Both the position numbers and the translations under genes were made by a program. Shown here one piece after another: positions 1-13,830 of a stretch of 64,000 nt of DNA. A model generated the notes under the pieces. It had not been told where the DNA came from. It saw only the letters and a program-made list of their open reading frames with translations, and searched no databases. How positions within the stretch are numbered: position 1 is the stretch's first letter; the number at the start of each line of letters is the position of its first letter. The stretch lies in the NCBI RefSeq assembly GCF_009914755.1, contig NC_060933.1. The stretch is one strand, 5' to 3'. The stretch is from the human T2T-CHM13v2.0 reference genome, Homo sapiens.

Positions 1-1070
1 ACTCCACCAAAATTAGCTTTATCAATGTCACCAATAACCTGCTGGTTCCCATGTACAATACACTCTTTTATTAAAATCTCACTTAACCTCTCCATGGCCT
101 TGTACCCTGCTGATCACCTTTCCTCCTTGAGTTTTCATGGCACCACCTTTCTGGTTTTCTGCTTACCTGTCAGCTGATTCTTCTCTTTATTCTTCATCTC
201 ATCCTTTGCATCTAGGATCTGTCTTTCATACTCAACTATTTGGGTTTAAATCCCTTTCCTTGAGTAGCCTCATCCAGATCCATAGATTCAAGTCCCAGAC
301 ATTGATCCTAAGACCCAGAACTATAGATAAGACATTTCCACCTGAACAAACCTTGGAGACCTAAACTCAACAGGCCCCAAACTGAACTAAGCGTCTACCC
401 TTATGCCTTCCCCATACTGTCCAAATCAGAAAATTAACTCCTCAGGTGAAGTTGATGCTATTAATCTATGAATGACCCTTTGAGTAGCAAGTCTGAAAAG
501 CAAGAACTTTTTTCATGACTCCAACACTAGATTATCAAGTCTTCCTTGTTTATAGCCCCTCGCTCCGCATCATCCCCACCTCCATTGCCTTAATTCAAGA
601 GGGAATGACACCTCCTTCAAAACAGCCTCTATGCTCTCTCTACTGATCTCCCTGACTCCTTGCTGGGCCATGCCAATTTTTCTTACATAGTCCTCCCATA
701 ATGACCTTTATCAAAGGCCAGTCTGAGACTCCCAAATGGCTTTTCCATAGCTCTAGAGTTATTTAAGCTTCTTTGTTTTGTATGCCGGCCCTTCATGGTC
801 TGGCTTTATTCTACCTCTAGACTCACATCTGCAATCCCACATCCCTTGCATCTCAATCATTACCTCGATTTTCCCAAACACATCATGCTGTTTCATGTAT
901 CACTGCCTTCCTACAATCATTTCTTCTATTGGAATGCCATTCCAAACCTCAAAGCTTATTCTTTTCTCATCCTTCTAGGATCAGTTCATTCATTCCTTTC
1001 AAAAGAGGTCTACCCTTTCCCTGGTGTGATAGATTGCATTTGCTCACCACTCTTTTTGCCATGGCTTCAT
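1..1070 (+). mobile_element. LINE-2 fragments (degenerate)
   Basis: L2-like text such as ctgctgatcacctttcctccttgag...ctggttttctgcttacctg and the pyrimidine-rich L2 3' region. Boundaries approximate. Confidence 0.6.
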
Positions 1071-1840
1071 CATGACCAAAGTAGACTTTCCCACACTTGT
1101 GCCTTACTGTGGCCAATAGCACAGAAGCGGAGGTAATAATGTGCCAGTTCCAAACCCTTTTAAACAAACTTAATGACATCCCTATGAGAAGAACCTGTCT
1201 GAGCCTGTCTCAGAATGATCATGAGAAACACATGGAGAACTTCTCTAATCAGCTGACCCTCAGAGGACCAAAAGACGTGTCAGATAAATCCTTACTGGTA
1301 TGTGCAGTTTTGAGGTGTGGTTGCTTCTTATGTGGTGTGTTGTATATTAACCAAAACATTTAGTGTAGTTTATTTGTCCTTCTCTGTCCTCCCATAGCCA
1401 CTCTGTATGCTTTAGGCCAGCTCTTCTCCAAGACAAATGAGGAAGCAAAACTGGCACCTTGACCTGCTGCCATTCAAACTTTAGTCATAGGGGAAAAAAC
1501 ATCCTCTCTGCATTCTAATAAAGTTTCTTAAAAATGTAATAACACCCTGCCTTGTACTATTCCTCCAAATAAATGAAGACTTCAGCCCTTCCCCTTAAGT
1601 TGTTAATTCTCTAACCAAAATAATTTTATCCTTGACTTTTATAAAACTGATGCCTACATATATATGTGAACCTTTATTTACTGATATGACAATCCAGTGA
1701 AGAAACATCTGATTTTCTGCCATGAACAAACCAACTTTCACCTTGTTTAATTCAGGGATCCCAGCTCTCTTAAAATCTGGAGTAACTTGAAAAACTATGC
1801 AAGTAGAAATAATTTTATTTTCTCAATGCGTTTGTCTGAG

Positions 1841-1878
1841 TTTTGTTTTGTTTGTTTGTTTGTTTGTTTTTTGTTTTT
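1841..1878. repeat. (GTTT)n microsatellite
   Basis: ttttgttttgtttgtttgtttgtttgttttttgttttt. Confidence 0.9.
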
Positions 1879-2463
1879 GCCACGAGCAAAGTTTGAGGCA
1901 TTAGGTGCCATCAAGTGCTCAGCATTCTAGAAGCCTATGTCTTGCAAGCGTGATGGTAGCTCAGGGATTTGTCTGTGAGAGAAGAAACCAGAAAGGCACT
2001 GTCTTGGGAAGACGCTAAAATAAAAAGACTGGCCCACAGTCCAAACTCATCGCCAAACCCAGAGAAACAGGCAGGCTGTGAATCCCACTATAAGTGCCAA
2101 GAAAGGCAATTTGGGTATCCAATTCTAATACTCATGAGAAGGTATTACTGCCGTTGTTTAGAGGACCATTCAGCCTCTGGCATAGGTGACAGAGAGACAG
2201 GCTGACATGGAAAACCTCTATTGCAAAACTTTTCACATGGTGACACAGAAAGTTTGTGTATAATTCTTTTATGTTGTTTATACAAGACAAGCTTTTTGAT
2301 ACTTGTGTGGAGACATTACAAACAATGATTCTGAGCCTGACTGGGCTGTATAGGACATGCAAATGATACAATGTTAAGTGAAAAAACAGAAAGCAAAATT
2401 TTTTTGTACAATGTTATTTTATAACATATTCCTAGAAAACTGATTGATAGAAAATACATGCCT

Positions 2464-2633
2464 GACCAGGCATGGTGGCTCACACCTGTAATCTTAGCAC
2501 TTTGGGAGGCTGGGGTGAGTGGATAGCTTAAAAGCCCAGGAGGTTGAGGCTGCAGTGAGCCCACTGCATTCCAGCCTGGGCAACGGAGTGAGACGCTGTG
2601 TCAAAAAAAAAACAAAACAAAAAAAAAAAAAAA
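2464..2633 (+). mobile_element. Old monomeric Alu (FAM/FRAM-like, or internally deleted AluJ)
   Basis: Single ~140-bp arm with AluJ/FRAM-type gcccaggaggttgaggctgcagtgagc and an A tail. TSD agaaaatacatgcc at 2449-2462 and 2640-2653. Confidence 0.8.
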
Positions 2634-2655
2634 CAGATAAGAAAATACATGCCCA

Positions 2656-2971
2656 GGCCGGGCGTGGTGGCCGTGGCTCAAGCCTGTAATCCCAGCACTT
2701 TGGGAGGCCAAGGCAGGCAGATCACGAGGTCAGGAGATCTAGACCATCCTGGCTAATACAGTGAAACCCCATCTCTACTAAAAATACAAAAAAAAATTAG
2801 CCAGGCGTGGTGGCGGGTGCCTGTAGTCCCAGCTACTTCGGAGGCTGAGGCAGGAGAATGGTGTGAACCCGGGAGGTGGGAGCTTGCAGTGAGATGAGAT
2901 CGCACCACTGCACTCCAGCCTGGGCGACAGAGCCAGACTCGTCTCAAAAAAAAAAAAAAAAAAAAAAACAA
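2656..2971 (+). mobile_element. AluY
   Basis: Dimeric Alu with AluY diagnostics (accatcctggctaa, gagaatggtgtgaacc, gagcttgcag). TSD aagaaaatacatgccca / aagataatacatgccca. Confidence 0.92.
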
Positions 2972-4713
2972 AAGATAATACATGCCCAAAGGGGTTTAGT
3001 TGAGTGAAGATAAGAGATTTTTAAAAATATTTCTATTTTACAAAGCATTTTATGTAAGAATATAACTTTATGATGAAAAATAATAAATGTCTCACATAAA
3101 ATAATATCTACAAACAAAAGCTGAAAATTTAAAAAGAAAGGTTTTTCAGTGAGCACTGAATGAGAGCAAAGCAGCAGGGAAATGTTGCCCAAGTATTCCT
3201 ATAGGGATATTCTACCAAGGGGTCCACTATTCATTCCAGTCCATCACAGTTCCCTCTCCAAACTGGGTTGGAGACACATGAATCACTCTTTGGCTTTAGA
3301 TTTCTAGACTCCACACAGACTACAGCCCTTCTGATACATGACAATTGAGAAGATTACTGTTTACTTCAATTATATGCCAGTTATATATACTCCTGACTGG
3401 TTTTCTTGATTGAACATAGACCTTGGTCATTTGCTGAAGAGTTAGAAATATTTTATCAGCAAACACACTTCACTTTTTTATTGAGTGTTTGTATGCCTAG
3501 AAGAGAAGGCTCATTTTTATTTCATTTTCAGAGGATAAATTTTCAGACCTCATCTCCAAATTCAAGGTTTCTATCCTATTTGGTAGCCTCATATACAGCC
3601 TGTTATAACTTTTAACAAACATGAGTGAAAACAGCTTGTCCCTATCTCTTTCCTATCTTGTTCAGAATAACCCTTCAGACACTTGATGTTAAAACTATCC
3701 ATCAGCTTTAATTATTCAAATTAACCCACCTTCTCTGATTAATTTTGGCTTTACCCCTGATGTTTTGTTTTACAGGAAAAAAAAAAGGAGGGGAGTTTTT
3801 TTCTGGATACCTGTGCATATCTCCTCATTGGTTTTAAATTGAAGACCTCTAAAAGGAACACTCTGTATTGGTACAAATATCACCAGCATTGCCTGTACTG
3901 TAAAGCTGAATGTAAGGTGGGTGGGGAGGGGAGAGGAGGTAAGCAAAGACATCGTCCTCTACCAAAATCAATTTATCTAATAGGAAATCACAAATATGCA
4001 TGATGTTTTGCAATACATACAATCTGTGTGCTGATAGGAAAAAAAGGCCTAGAACTAGAAATAATATGTTTATGGAATGACCAGCTTCTAATAACCAAGA
4101 AATCAGTATGGGATTCCTATAGGAATAACCAAATGGCAGGAGAGCTATTTAGAAAATATTCTGTTCGGATGCTAATGAAAGGGAATATACAGGTATACAG
4201 CTTTATAAAACAGTAAGACAGGGATATGCCCCTTGCTCTGCAGGGCTGACAGAATGATTTAAACAGGAACACTGGGAGTAGACTATTGGAAGACAGCATC
4301 AGGGATGGGATTGGTCAGGAAGAGTTTAGAGATGGGTTAAGATACTAAAATGGCGAGGTAAGGGTCAAGTCCTTTCCATCATAGAAATGGGGAGGTCAGA
4401 GTCAGAGGTTCATGCACTGAGGCTTGGAGAGTCCATTCAAAAAGAGGCAGAATTCTGGACTCGGGTTAGGGATCAGCAGCGAGGGGGATATGGCAGGTAG
4501 AGCTGACACTCTGACTATTATGAATCACGGATACAGTGGGCCTAGCTCTTGGATGATGTCACATTCAAGGAAGCACCATCAGAAACAGCCAAAAAAAAAA
4601 AAAGATTTTTTTTTCAATCTTCAACATGCAACTCTCAAAAACAACAAAAACAGTAAATGGCACATTCAAAACTCTTCCTTATATTCTCTCTGAGTTACTA
4701 TAGAGACTAACTT

Positions 4714-5379
4714 CTTTTTTAAAAAAACAATTTTATTTTATTTGAAGTTCTGGAGTATATGTGCAGGATGTGCAGGTTTGTTACATAGGTAAACATGTGC
4801 CATGGTGGTTTGCTGCACCTATCAACCCATTACCTAGGAATTGAGCCCCACATGCATTAGCTATTTATCCTGATGCTATCCCTCCCCCGACCCCCTCAAC
4901 AAGTGTCAGTGTGTGTTTTTCCCCTCTATGTGTCCATGTGTTCTCATTGTTCAGTCCCCACTTATAAGTGAGAACATGCAGCATTTGGTTTTCTGTTCCT
5001 GTGTCGGTTTGCTGAGGACAATGGCTTCCAGTTTGATCCATGTCTCTGCAAAGGACATAATCTTATTCCTTTTTATGGCTGCATAGTATTCCATGGTGTA
5101 TATGTACCACATTTTCTTTGTCCAGTCCATCACTGATGGGCATTTGGGTTGATTTCATGTCTTTGCTACTGTGAATAGTGCTACAATTAACATACGTGTG
5201 CCTGTATCCTTATAATAGAATGATTTATATTCCTTTGGGTATATACCCAGTAATGGGAATGCTGGGTCAAATGGTATTTCTGGTTCTAGGTCTTTAAGGA
5301 ATCGCCACACTGTCTTCCACAATGGTTGAACTAATCTGCATTCCCACCAACAGTGTAAAAGCGTTCCTATCTTTCTGTG
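4714..5379 (-). mobile_element. 5'-truncated L1PA (L1PA7/8-like) 3' end
   Basis: Reverse complement of the L1 3'UTR and ORF2 C-terminus (ORF 4951-5133 reads W.KKMWYIYTMEYYAAIK). TSD gagactaactt at 4703-4713 and 5380-5390. Confidence 0.92.
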
Positions 5380-7307
5380 GAGACTAACTTGTTATCTCTC
5401 TCCCCAGCCACCATGCTCCCTTCCCCATCAGCTATTCCTGTGCCTTTTTCTGTGTCCAGGAGCTGGTGGGGCAGAGAGAACTGTTCCTCAGAGGGCAGTG
5501 GATGGAGATTACCCCAGGTAGGAAAACACCTTTCTCTTGGGGTAGCTGGGATGCTTAAGTGACTTATACAGTTTAATAATTTTTATTACGTCTCTCTGCC
5601 CTCTAGTCAAAAATTACTGCCCGCCCCCCACCCCGCAACATACACACACACATACACATACACACATAGAAAAATTCTTATTTTAAGTGGGGATCCCAGA
5701 AACTCTTTATTTACAGTCTAACTTCCCCACTCTTTTTCTTCTACTGGGGATACCTGTCATGGCCCTTGTGATTGTGCCTCTGGCATCTTCCAGCTGGATG
5801 ACCACAGCCCCTTCTTATCAAACTTGACTGAGACTAAGGGACAGGCAAAATCCTAGGAAGCAAACGCAGTCAATTCCGTATTTAATCGGCCCTGACTTCA
5901 TAGCTCCATTCCGGATATTTGGCACGGAAGTGATGTTTCCTGGTAAGAGTCCTCCTGGTTGCAGACTGCCACTAGATGTCCCTCATCCCCTCAACCTAAA
6001 CAGAGGAATGAGTCTTCACCTCACCGCAAGGTATGTGACAAGTAGGGGGAATGAGTACCTGGGTGGGCAGAACCTCCTCGTGAGTAATCAGAAGTGCAGT
6101 TCTGAGTCAGAGCCTGGCTGCCATACACGGTTCTTTCAGGGGCTCTGTCTTGAAGGAGTGGAGGGGAGCCTGCACGCTGTGTCCCAGCATTAAGTTCTGA
6201 ACTTCATTCTGGAACGAAATCCTATGTCCAGAGAGCTTTTCATGTTGACTGCTTTTCCTCCTTAATTCTATTCTTCTTCACCAGTAGACAGACTTAGAGG
6301 GTCCTCAGAGTAGCAGTAAAGTTCTGGATGGGTTTGATAATTTCTGACTATAAACTGGCACCACATGAATTTTATCTGGCTGCTTTCTAGCCTCCAAGTT
6401 TCATTCATTAGCCCCTCAGAGGAGAGCTCTGACAGTGTAAACAAGGTGGATCTTCCCAAAAGTATTAAGAATTAGCATAGATATGAGTCCTAATCACTTT
6501 TCCTGTTGGTCAAAGGTAATGAGATGTTTCTGCTCAGAAAAGTCAGTCATTGAAAGACTTTGTCTGTGATCATTCCATTTGGGAGGCCCAGCACTCACAC
6601 AAATAGCAGCATTTCTCTGCCTCTGAACGTGACCTTCCTTATACATTTTTGTGACACGTTCTAACCACACCCCTCTATCCCTGTTACATTATATCCAGTC
6701 ATATCTCAAGCTGTTGGGGCAACTGGCCAGTCCCAAATGCCTCCAAAGCTGATATGCAAGTCCATGAAGTCCCTGTGTGTGTATTGGGGGTGAGGGTTGG
6801 GGGTGAAAGATGAATCTAACTCCCTCTGGTAAAGGCAGGCTAAGCCTTGAACTAATCAAGGCAGGTCAGACTCTCTCTGAATTCCTCTCACAGTAGCTCA
6901 TTGAAAAACGTTTCCTAGATGAATCCTTTATGACCCAAAGGGAAAATATTCCAAGGCTTTCCAAGAATATTCCAAGAATATCAGACTACTATCACAACTA
7001 CCAAATTTAAAACATAATGAAGGCAGTAAACAATAGAAGAGATATTTCAGACAATCTTAAAGTCAAATTAGAAACTCAAGCCATACTTAAAAATGTTGGC
7101 ATGTTTCCCTAAAATTTCCTCAAGCATGATTTTCACTGTTTCTCCCAAGTTTAACTGGACATGGTTTTGGGGGAAACAGGGAGGCACATGGAGAGTTGAC
7201 ATGGATCTCCTGGAACCTAGATGGTCCATAGAGCAAAACTTTTCTCTTGTCTGGGGCCACCTGTGATAGCAAAACAAAGACATAGGGCTTATGTGAGAGT
7301 AGCCTGT

Positions 7308-7705
7308 TGATATGGTTTGGCTTTGTGTCCCCACCCAAATCTCATGTTGAGTTGTAATTCCAAATGTTGAAGGTGGGTCCTGGTGGGAAGTGATTGGATC
7401 ATGGGGGTGGTTTCTAGTGATTTAGTACCATCCCCCTAGTGCTGTCTCGTGATTGAGTTCTCATGATACCTGGTTGTTTAAAAGTGTGTAGCACCACCCC
7501 CTTCACTCTCTCTCCCTCCTCCTCCAGCTGTGTCGAGCATGCCTGCTTCCCCTTCATCTTCCACCATGATTGTAAGTTTCCTGAGGCCTCCCCCAGCCAT
7601 GCTTCCAGTACAGCCTGCAGAACAATGAGCCAACTCAACCCCTTTTCTTATAAATTACCCAGTTTCAGGTAGTTCTTTATAGCAATGTGAGAATGGATTG
7701 ATATA
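7308..7705 (+). mobile_element. MSTA-like solo LTR (ERVL-MaLR)
   Basis: Starts tgatatggtttggctttgtgtccccacccaaatctcatg and contains atgcttccagtacagcctgcagaac. 5-bp TSD cctgt/cctat. Confidence 0.88.
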
Positions 7706-8229
7706 CCTATCCATAAAGAATTTGGGATGAGATTTTCCTAATGGGTTATATGAGAGTTTCAGACCTTCTCAGAGTAGCAGTGAAGTTCAGTGAAGCCTAG
7801 TTTGAGTCATCTTGCAAGGTCTCTACCTGAGAAATTGGCCAGGGCAAGGGGACCTCAGTGATAAGAGCTCTGTAGTCTTAACCTGAGAAGCAGAAGCTGA
7901 CAGTAACAAGACATCAGAGGTGGCAGATGGAGACTGCATTACTAATACTAGGGAGTAGTGCCAGATCAAAAATCCCCAGATAATCTGCAAAGAATTCATA
8001 AAAGTGACCCATGAAAGAAAAACAGTAACTGAGAACCTAACAGGCAGGAGGTTCCAGTGTTAGATTATGGCACAAAAGCCACATAAGCCATTGTCCTTTT
8101 CTTTTAATACCTCTCACACTTCCACGATGCCCCAAAATCATGAAATAGCAGTCAGTGAACAAAAGAGCACAAAGGGAAAGACTCTTCAAAACTTTCAGGG
8201 GCATCAAAAAAAAAAAAAAAAAAGCAAAG

Positions 8230-8530
8230 CCTGAGAAACTGTCACAGTAAAGAGAAGGCTAAGGAGATATGATAACTGAATGAAATACGGTATCTTAAAT
8301 AAAATTCAGAAACAGAAAAAGGACATTAGGAAAAACTAGTGAAATCTGAATAAACTGTGAACTTTAGTTAATAATAATGATCGATATCAATTCATTCACT
8401 ATAACAAACATACTATAGAAATGTAGAGTGTTAATAATAGCAAAAACCAGGTATAGGGGATGTGGGAACTCTATAATCTTCCTAAGTTTTCTGTAAATCC
8501 AAAACTGTTCTAAAACATCGATTTTATTTT
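8230..8530 (+). mobile_element. L1MC-type 3' end fragment
   Basis: gcctgagaaactgtcacag...gaaaaaggacattaggaaaaactagtgaaatctgaataaa...gggaactcta...ctgtaaatccaaaactgttctaaaa. Confidence 0.75.
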
Positions 8531-8539
8531 TTTTTCAAA

Positions 8540-9774
<1,235 letters not shown>

Positions 9775-10369
9775 TTAGTAAGCCAGAAACTCTGAAGGAA
9801 TTCAAAGAAAAGAGAAAGCATAATACCAGAAAAGAAATAAGAATTCAAATCACTAAAATCTTTAAAACACTCTTAAATACCATAAAAAAAAAAGAAAAGA
9901 AAAAACCCACAGAATTTTGCCATCCGTCTATGGACCCATGCAATTTTCTGCTTCCCTCAACACTGGGCTCAATCTAAGCTTTAGTGCTAAGCACCAAAGG
10001 GAATCTCCACCCATTTACTATACCCAGAGAAAAGCTTGTTCTCAGACTCCTGCAGTCAGTAGCTAGTCAGGTTGAGTCATCCTGGGGACCCTAAAAAGTG
10101 ACATATGTTATTGCTGAAAGGGCTAACATCAGTTCCAGTATAAATCAAGCTTACCCTTCACTGATTAAAAAAGAAGAAAAAAGGTAGATTCATCAAAACG
10201 CCTTGCTATAGAAAGGATCACTAGTTTAGTGTCAAAGCCCCTCCTCTCACAGAAAAAGAGATAATGGAAAAAATAGGAAAAAAACTTTTCTAAAAGATCA
10301 CAATGCATATTTTCAGTGCAGTTTGACAGGCTTTAGGGATGCATGAAAGTAATGTATATGGCTATGGGA

Positions 10370-13300
10370 AAGTAAGAAATCAGAGAATAGAATGGGTTCT
10401 TAAGGGAAATAATAATTTATAAAAAATGAATTAAAAAGGCCAGAAATAGCAGAATGAACACTATACTGCTGAAAAACAAATTAGAACAGCAACCCAGAAA
10501 TTCACTCACCTATTCAGTAAATATTATTTAAGTACCTCCTCTGTTCTCTATTCTGGCTCATATGTAAGCATTTAATATATAATAACAAGAAAATAAATTG
10601 CAGTCCCATGGAGCTTTCACCCTTGTGAGAAATATTACAGAATTTGGTGGAGAAAAATACATTGATATAAATGATAAGAGAAATTGTAAGTAATATGAAC
10701 AATAGATAAAGGTGATACAGTATTTATATAATTAGTTATTCCAGAAGAACACTAGAGAGCAAATGGAGGAAAGAATAGAGGAAAATTTCTCTGAGCTGCT
10801 TGAGATTTACAGCAAAAAGACTCGCTGAGTTCTCTGGACACACGATAAAGTGCATTCAATTATATTAATATCAACTTTTAAGATCATGTAAATTAAAAAC
10901 ATTATTAGATATAGGAAGCATCACCATATAATGATATACAATTTAATTCACTAGGAAGATAATTTTAAATATGAATACTCCTCAAAATATATGAGACAGA
11001 AATTCATAGACCCACCCCCAGAGAAAAAATGACAAATGCACCATCAAAGTAGGAGATATCAATATATCTTTCTCAACTGTAGATAGAAAAAGCAGAAAAA
11101 AGCAAAATAGCTAAGATTTTCAAACATAATCAGCAGGACTGATCTAATGAAAACATATAGAATTTTGCATCCAACCATTGGAGAATGTTAGTTTTTCTCA
11201 AGCCTGCAAGAGACATTTAGAATATGGGTACCAAGATAAAAACTCTTGGCTTCTGAATTCCAAAATAAAGATTAAATCCTACAAGATAATGTACTAGACT
11301 AGCATCATTTATCACTGCTGAAACACTTAATGCTAGAAATAATTAAGCAATGTTTTAATATTTCTTAAGGAAAATATTATTACACAAGAACTATAAACTC
11401 AGCCAAAAAATGTTCGTGTAAGAGGAAAAATGAAATATGTTTTCATACATATAAGCAGCCACAAAGTATGCTTTCTGGGGAAAAAAGTCATTATGGAAGC
11501 CAAAAGAAAAATGATTCAGCATAAAGAGATAAAGAAAGAGGAAGATGGGAGAAAAAAAAAAAACCTAACAAGCAACATAACCGGCAAGCTAGAGTTATCT
11601 AAGGACTTCTTGGCAGATGTTAGCAAAAAATCCTTCAAAGAAAAACATCATTAGGAAAAAAACAAAAAAGCGGATCTGAAAATAAATATGGAGTTGTTTC
11701 AATAGATGAGGAATTTTAGAGAAAAGAATAGGAAGGACCTACAACTCTGGTAAATTTCTGAATCTGAAAAAGGGAAACACACACATATAATCTCATGATT
11801 AATAGAGCTTAAAATGTTTTTGGAAAATACTTTTTAAACAGACAACTTCAAAGTAACTGGAAAAAATAATTTCAAGATGGCAAATTAGAACAAAGAAAAA
11901 CAAGGATGTACAAAAGCATAATAAAGAGAAATAAAAAAACAACTAAATAACCCTATTATGCAAAGCCTTATGGAATGAAAAATAGAGCAAAAACAAGATT
12001 TCTGCTGTTTATAAGACATATGCCTAGAACAAAATAATGTAGAGTTGGAAAATTAATTTTAAAAGAGGAGTCTTGGAGATACCAATATTTAGAGAAATCT
12101 AAAACCAAATAAACAAAAAATGCGATTGCATAATAAAATGTTCAACCAATGTCAATCTAAGTCAAAAGCATTTAGATTGGCCAAATCACAATCATAATGG
12201 GAGATCATAAGAAAACTATATTAACTTCATAATTAAAGTAGAAGAGAATAAATTAAGATATATTAAATTAAACATACCATTTCCAAACTTTATAGAAAAG
12301 AAAATATAGACCTGTATACCCAGCAAAGGTCTTACAAACTTTTCAAGTTTTAGGGATTTGACATATTAATTCTAAATTGTAAATGGAACAAATGTGTAAG
12401 AATACCTACAAAAATATTGACACAAAGGAATAATATGAGTTTCCATTTCACATATTAAAATATTTAACATTATGATGACTTAAGAATTATATTAAATGAA
12501 TGTAAAATTATAATATGTAAATTGTTAAACTGAAAGAGTTGAGATCAACAAGCTACTTTTTCTTTCTTCTTCTTTTTCTTTCTCCAGATGCACATAATCT
12601 GTAACACACATTTACAAATATTTTAAAATTCTGTAACTGGTGTTAAAAAATTGGCTTTTTGGGGGAAAAAAGATACATTTTCTTACAACATACTTGAATA
12701 AACTGCACTGAAATTGAATACTTAGTCACTAAAAATAATAGATGCACAAAATAAACAAAAGAAAAGATAGTCAAATAAATTTAAAAATCAGAGGGAAAAG
12801 CATGTCTAATCTTGTCTCAAAATTCAGAAACCATCAATGAAAATTACACAGAATTGATTAACAAAAAAATGAAAAATTTTTTTTTGTAGCCAAAGACATT
12901 ATATTCAAAGCTGAAAAAATATATAAGAAAGATGAAGAGCTAGTATGTTAACAAATAAATAGCTTCCAAATTAACAAAAACATCAACTCATAAAAATAAA
13001 AGATATGCACAGAAAAGAATAAACTTATGAAAAAACCCTCAATTTCACCGATAAACAAAGAACTGAAAACTAAAATAAAAGTGAGAAATAATCACATACC
13101 AGTTTGGCTAAAAATCAAAAGATTGCTCATAACCAGTATTGATGAAGACATGGGAAAATGGTCTCTCTAATCACTAAAAATCTTGAAGGACATTCAATCA
13201 GTAGTAACAAAAACTGAATGCTCATACATGTAGCAGCAATTTCACTTCTAGAAATTTATCTTAGGGAAGTAATAATTGCACAAAGATATAGATTCTTATC

Positions 13301-13830
13301 TCAGCATTTTTTTAATAAGAAGAAAAAATTGGCCAGGTGGTGCATACCTGTAATCTCAGCACTTTGGGAGGTTGAAGTGGGAGGTTCACTTAAGTTCAGA
13401 AGTTCAAGACCAGCATGGGCAACATGGCAAAATCCTGTCTCTACAAAAAATACAAAAATTAGCTGGGCTTGGTGGCACACGCCTGTAGTACCAGCTATTT
13501 GGGAGGCTGAAGCAGGAGGATTGCTTGAACCTGGGAGGTTGAAGCTTCAGTGAGCCGTGACTGCACCTCTGCACTCCAGTCTGGGTGACACAGTGAGACC
13601 CTCTCTCAAAGATAAAATAATAAAATAAAATAAAATAAAATTATAAAACCTAAATTGCCACCAAGGAAGCATTATTTTAATTACAGTACATGAACACAAT
13701 GGAATTTCACGTAGCAATTTAAAACCTGAGATGCATATATATGTGTATGTATGCAAAGTTGCCCCAAATTTGTAAAATACGAAAACAGAAACAAAACCAA
13801 AAGCATATTACAAAGCATATGTACGCCAAG
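10370..13830 (+). mobile_element. Mosaic of ancient L1M/L1ME/HAL1-like fragments
   Basis: Very A-rich plus strand. L1 ORF2 endonuclease-like segment at ~10970-11220, ORF1-like segment at ~11290-11480, L1ME 3' segments flanking the Alu at 13331. Boundaries approximate. Confidence 0.6.
13331..13640 (+). mobile_element. AluJ (AluJb-like)
   Basis: Diverged dimeric Alu with AluJ diagnostics (gggcaacatggcaaaa, ggaggattgcttga, gtgagaccct) and a (TAAAA)n tail. Confidence 0.88.
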
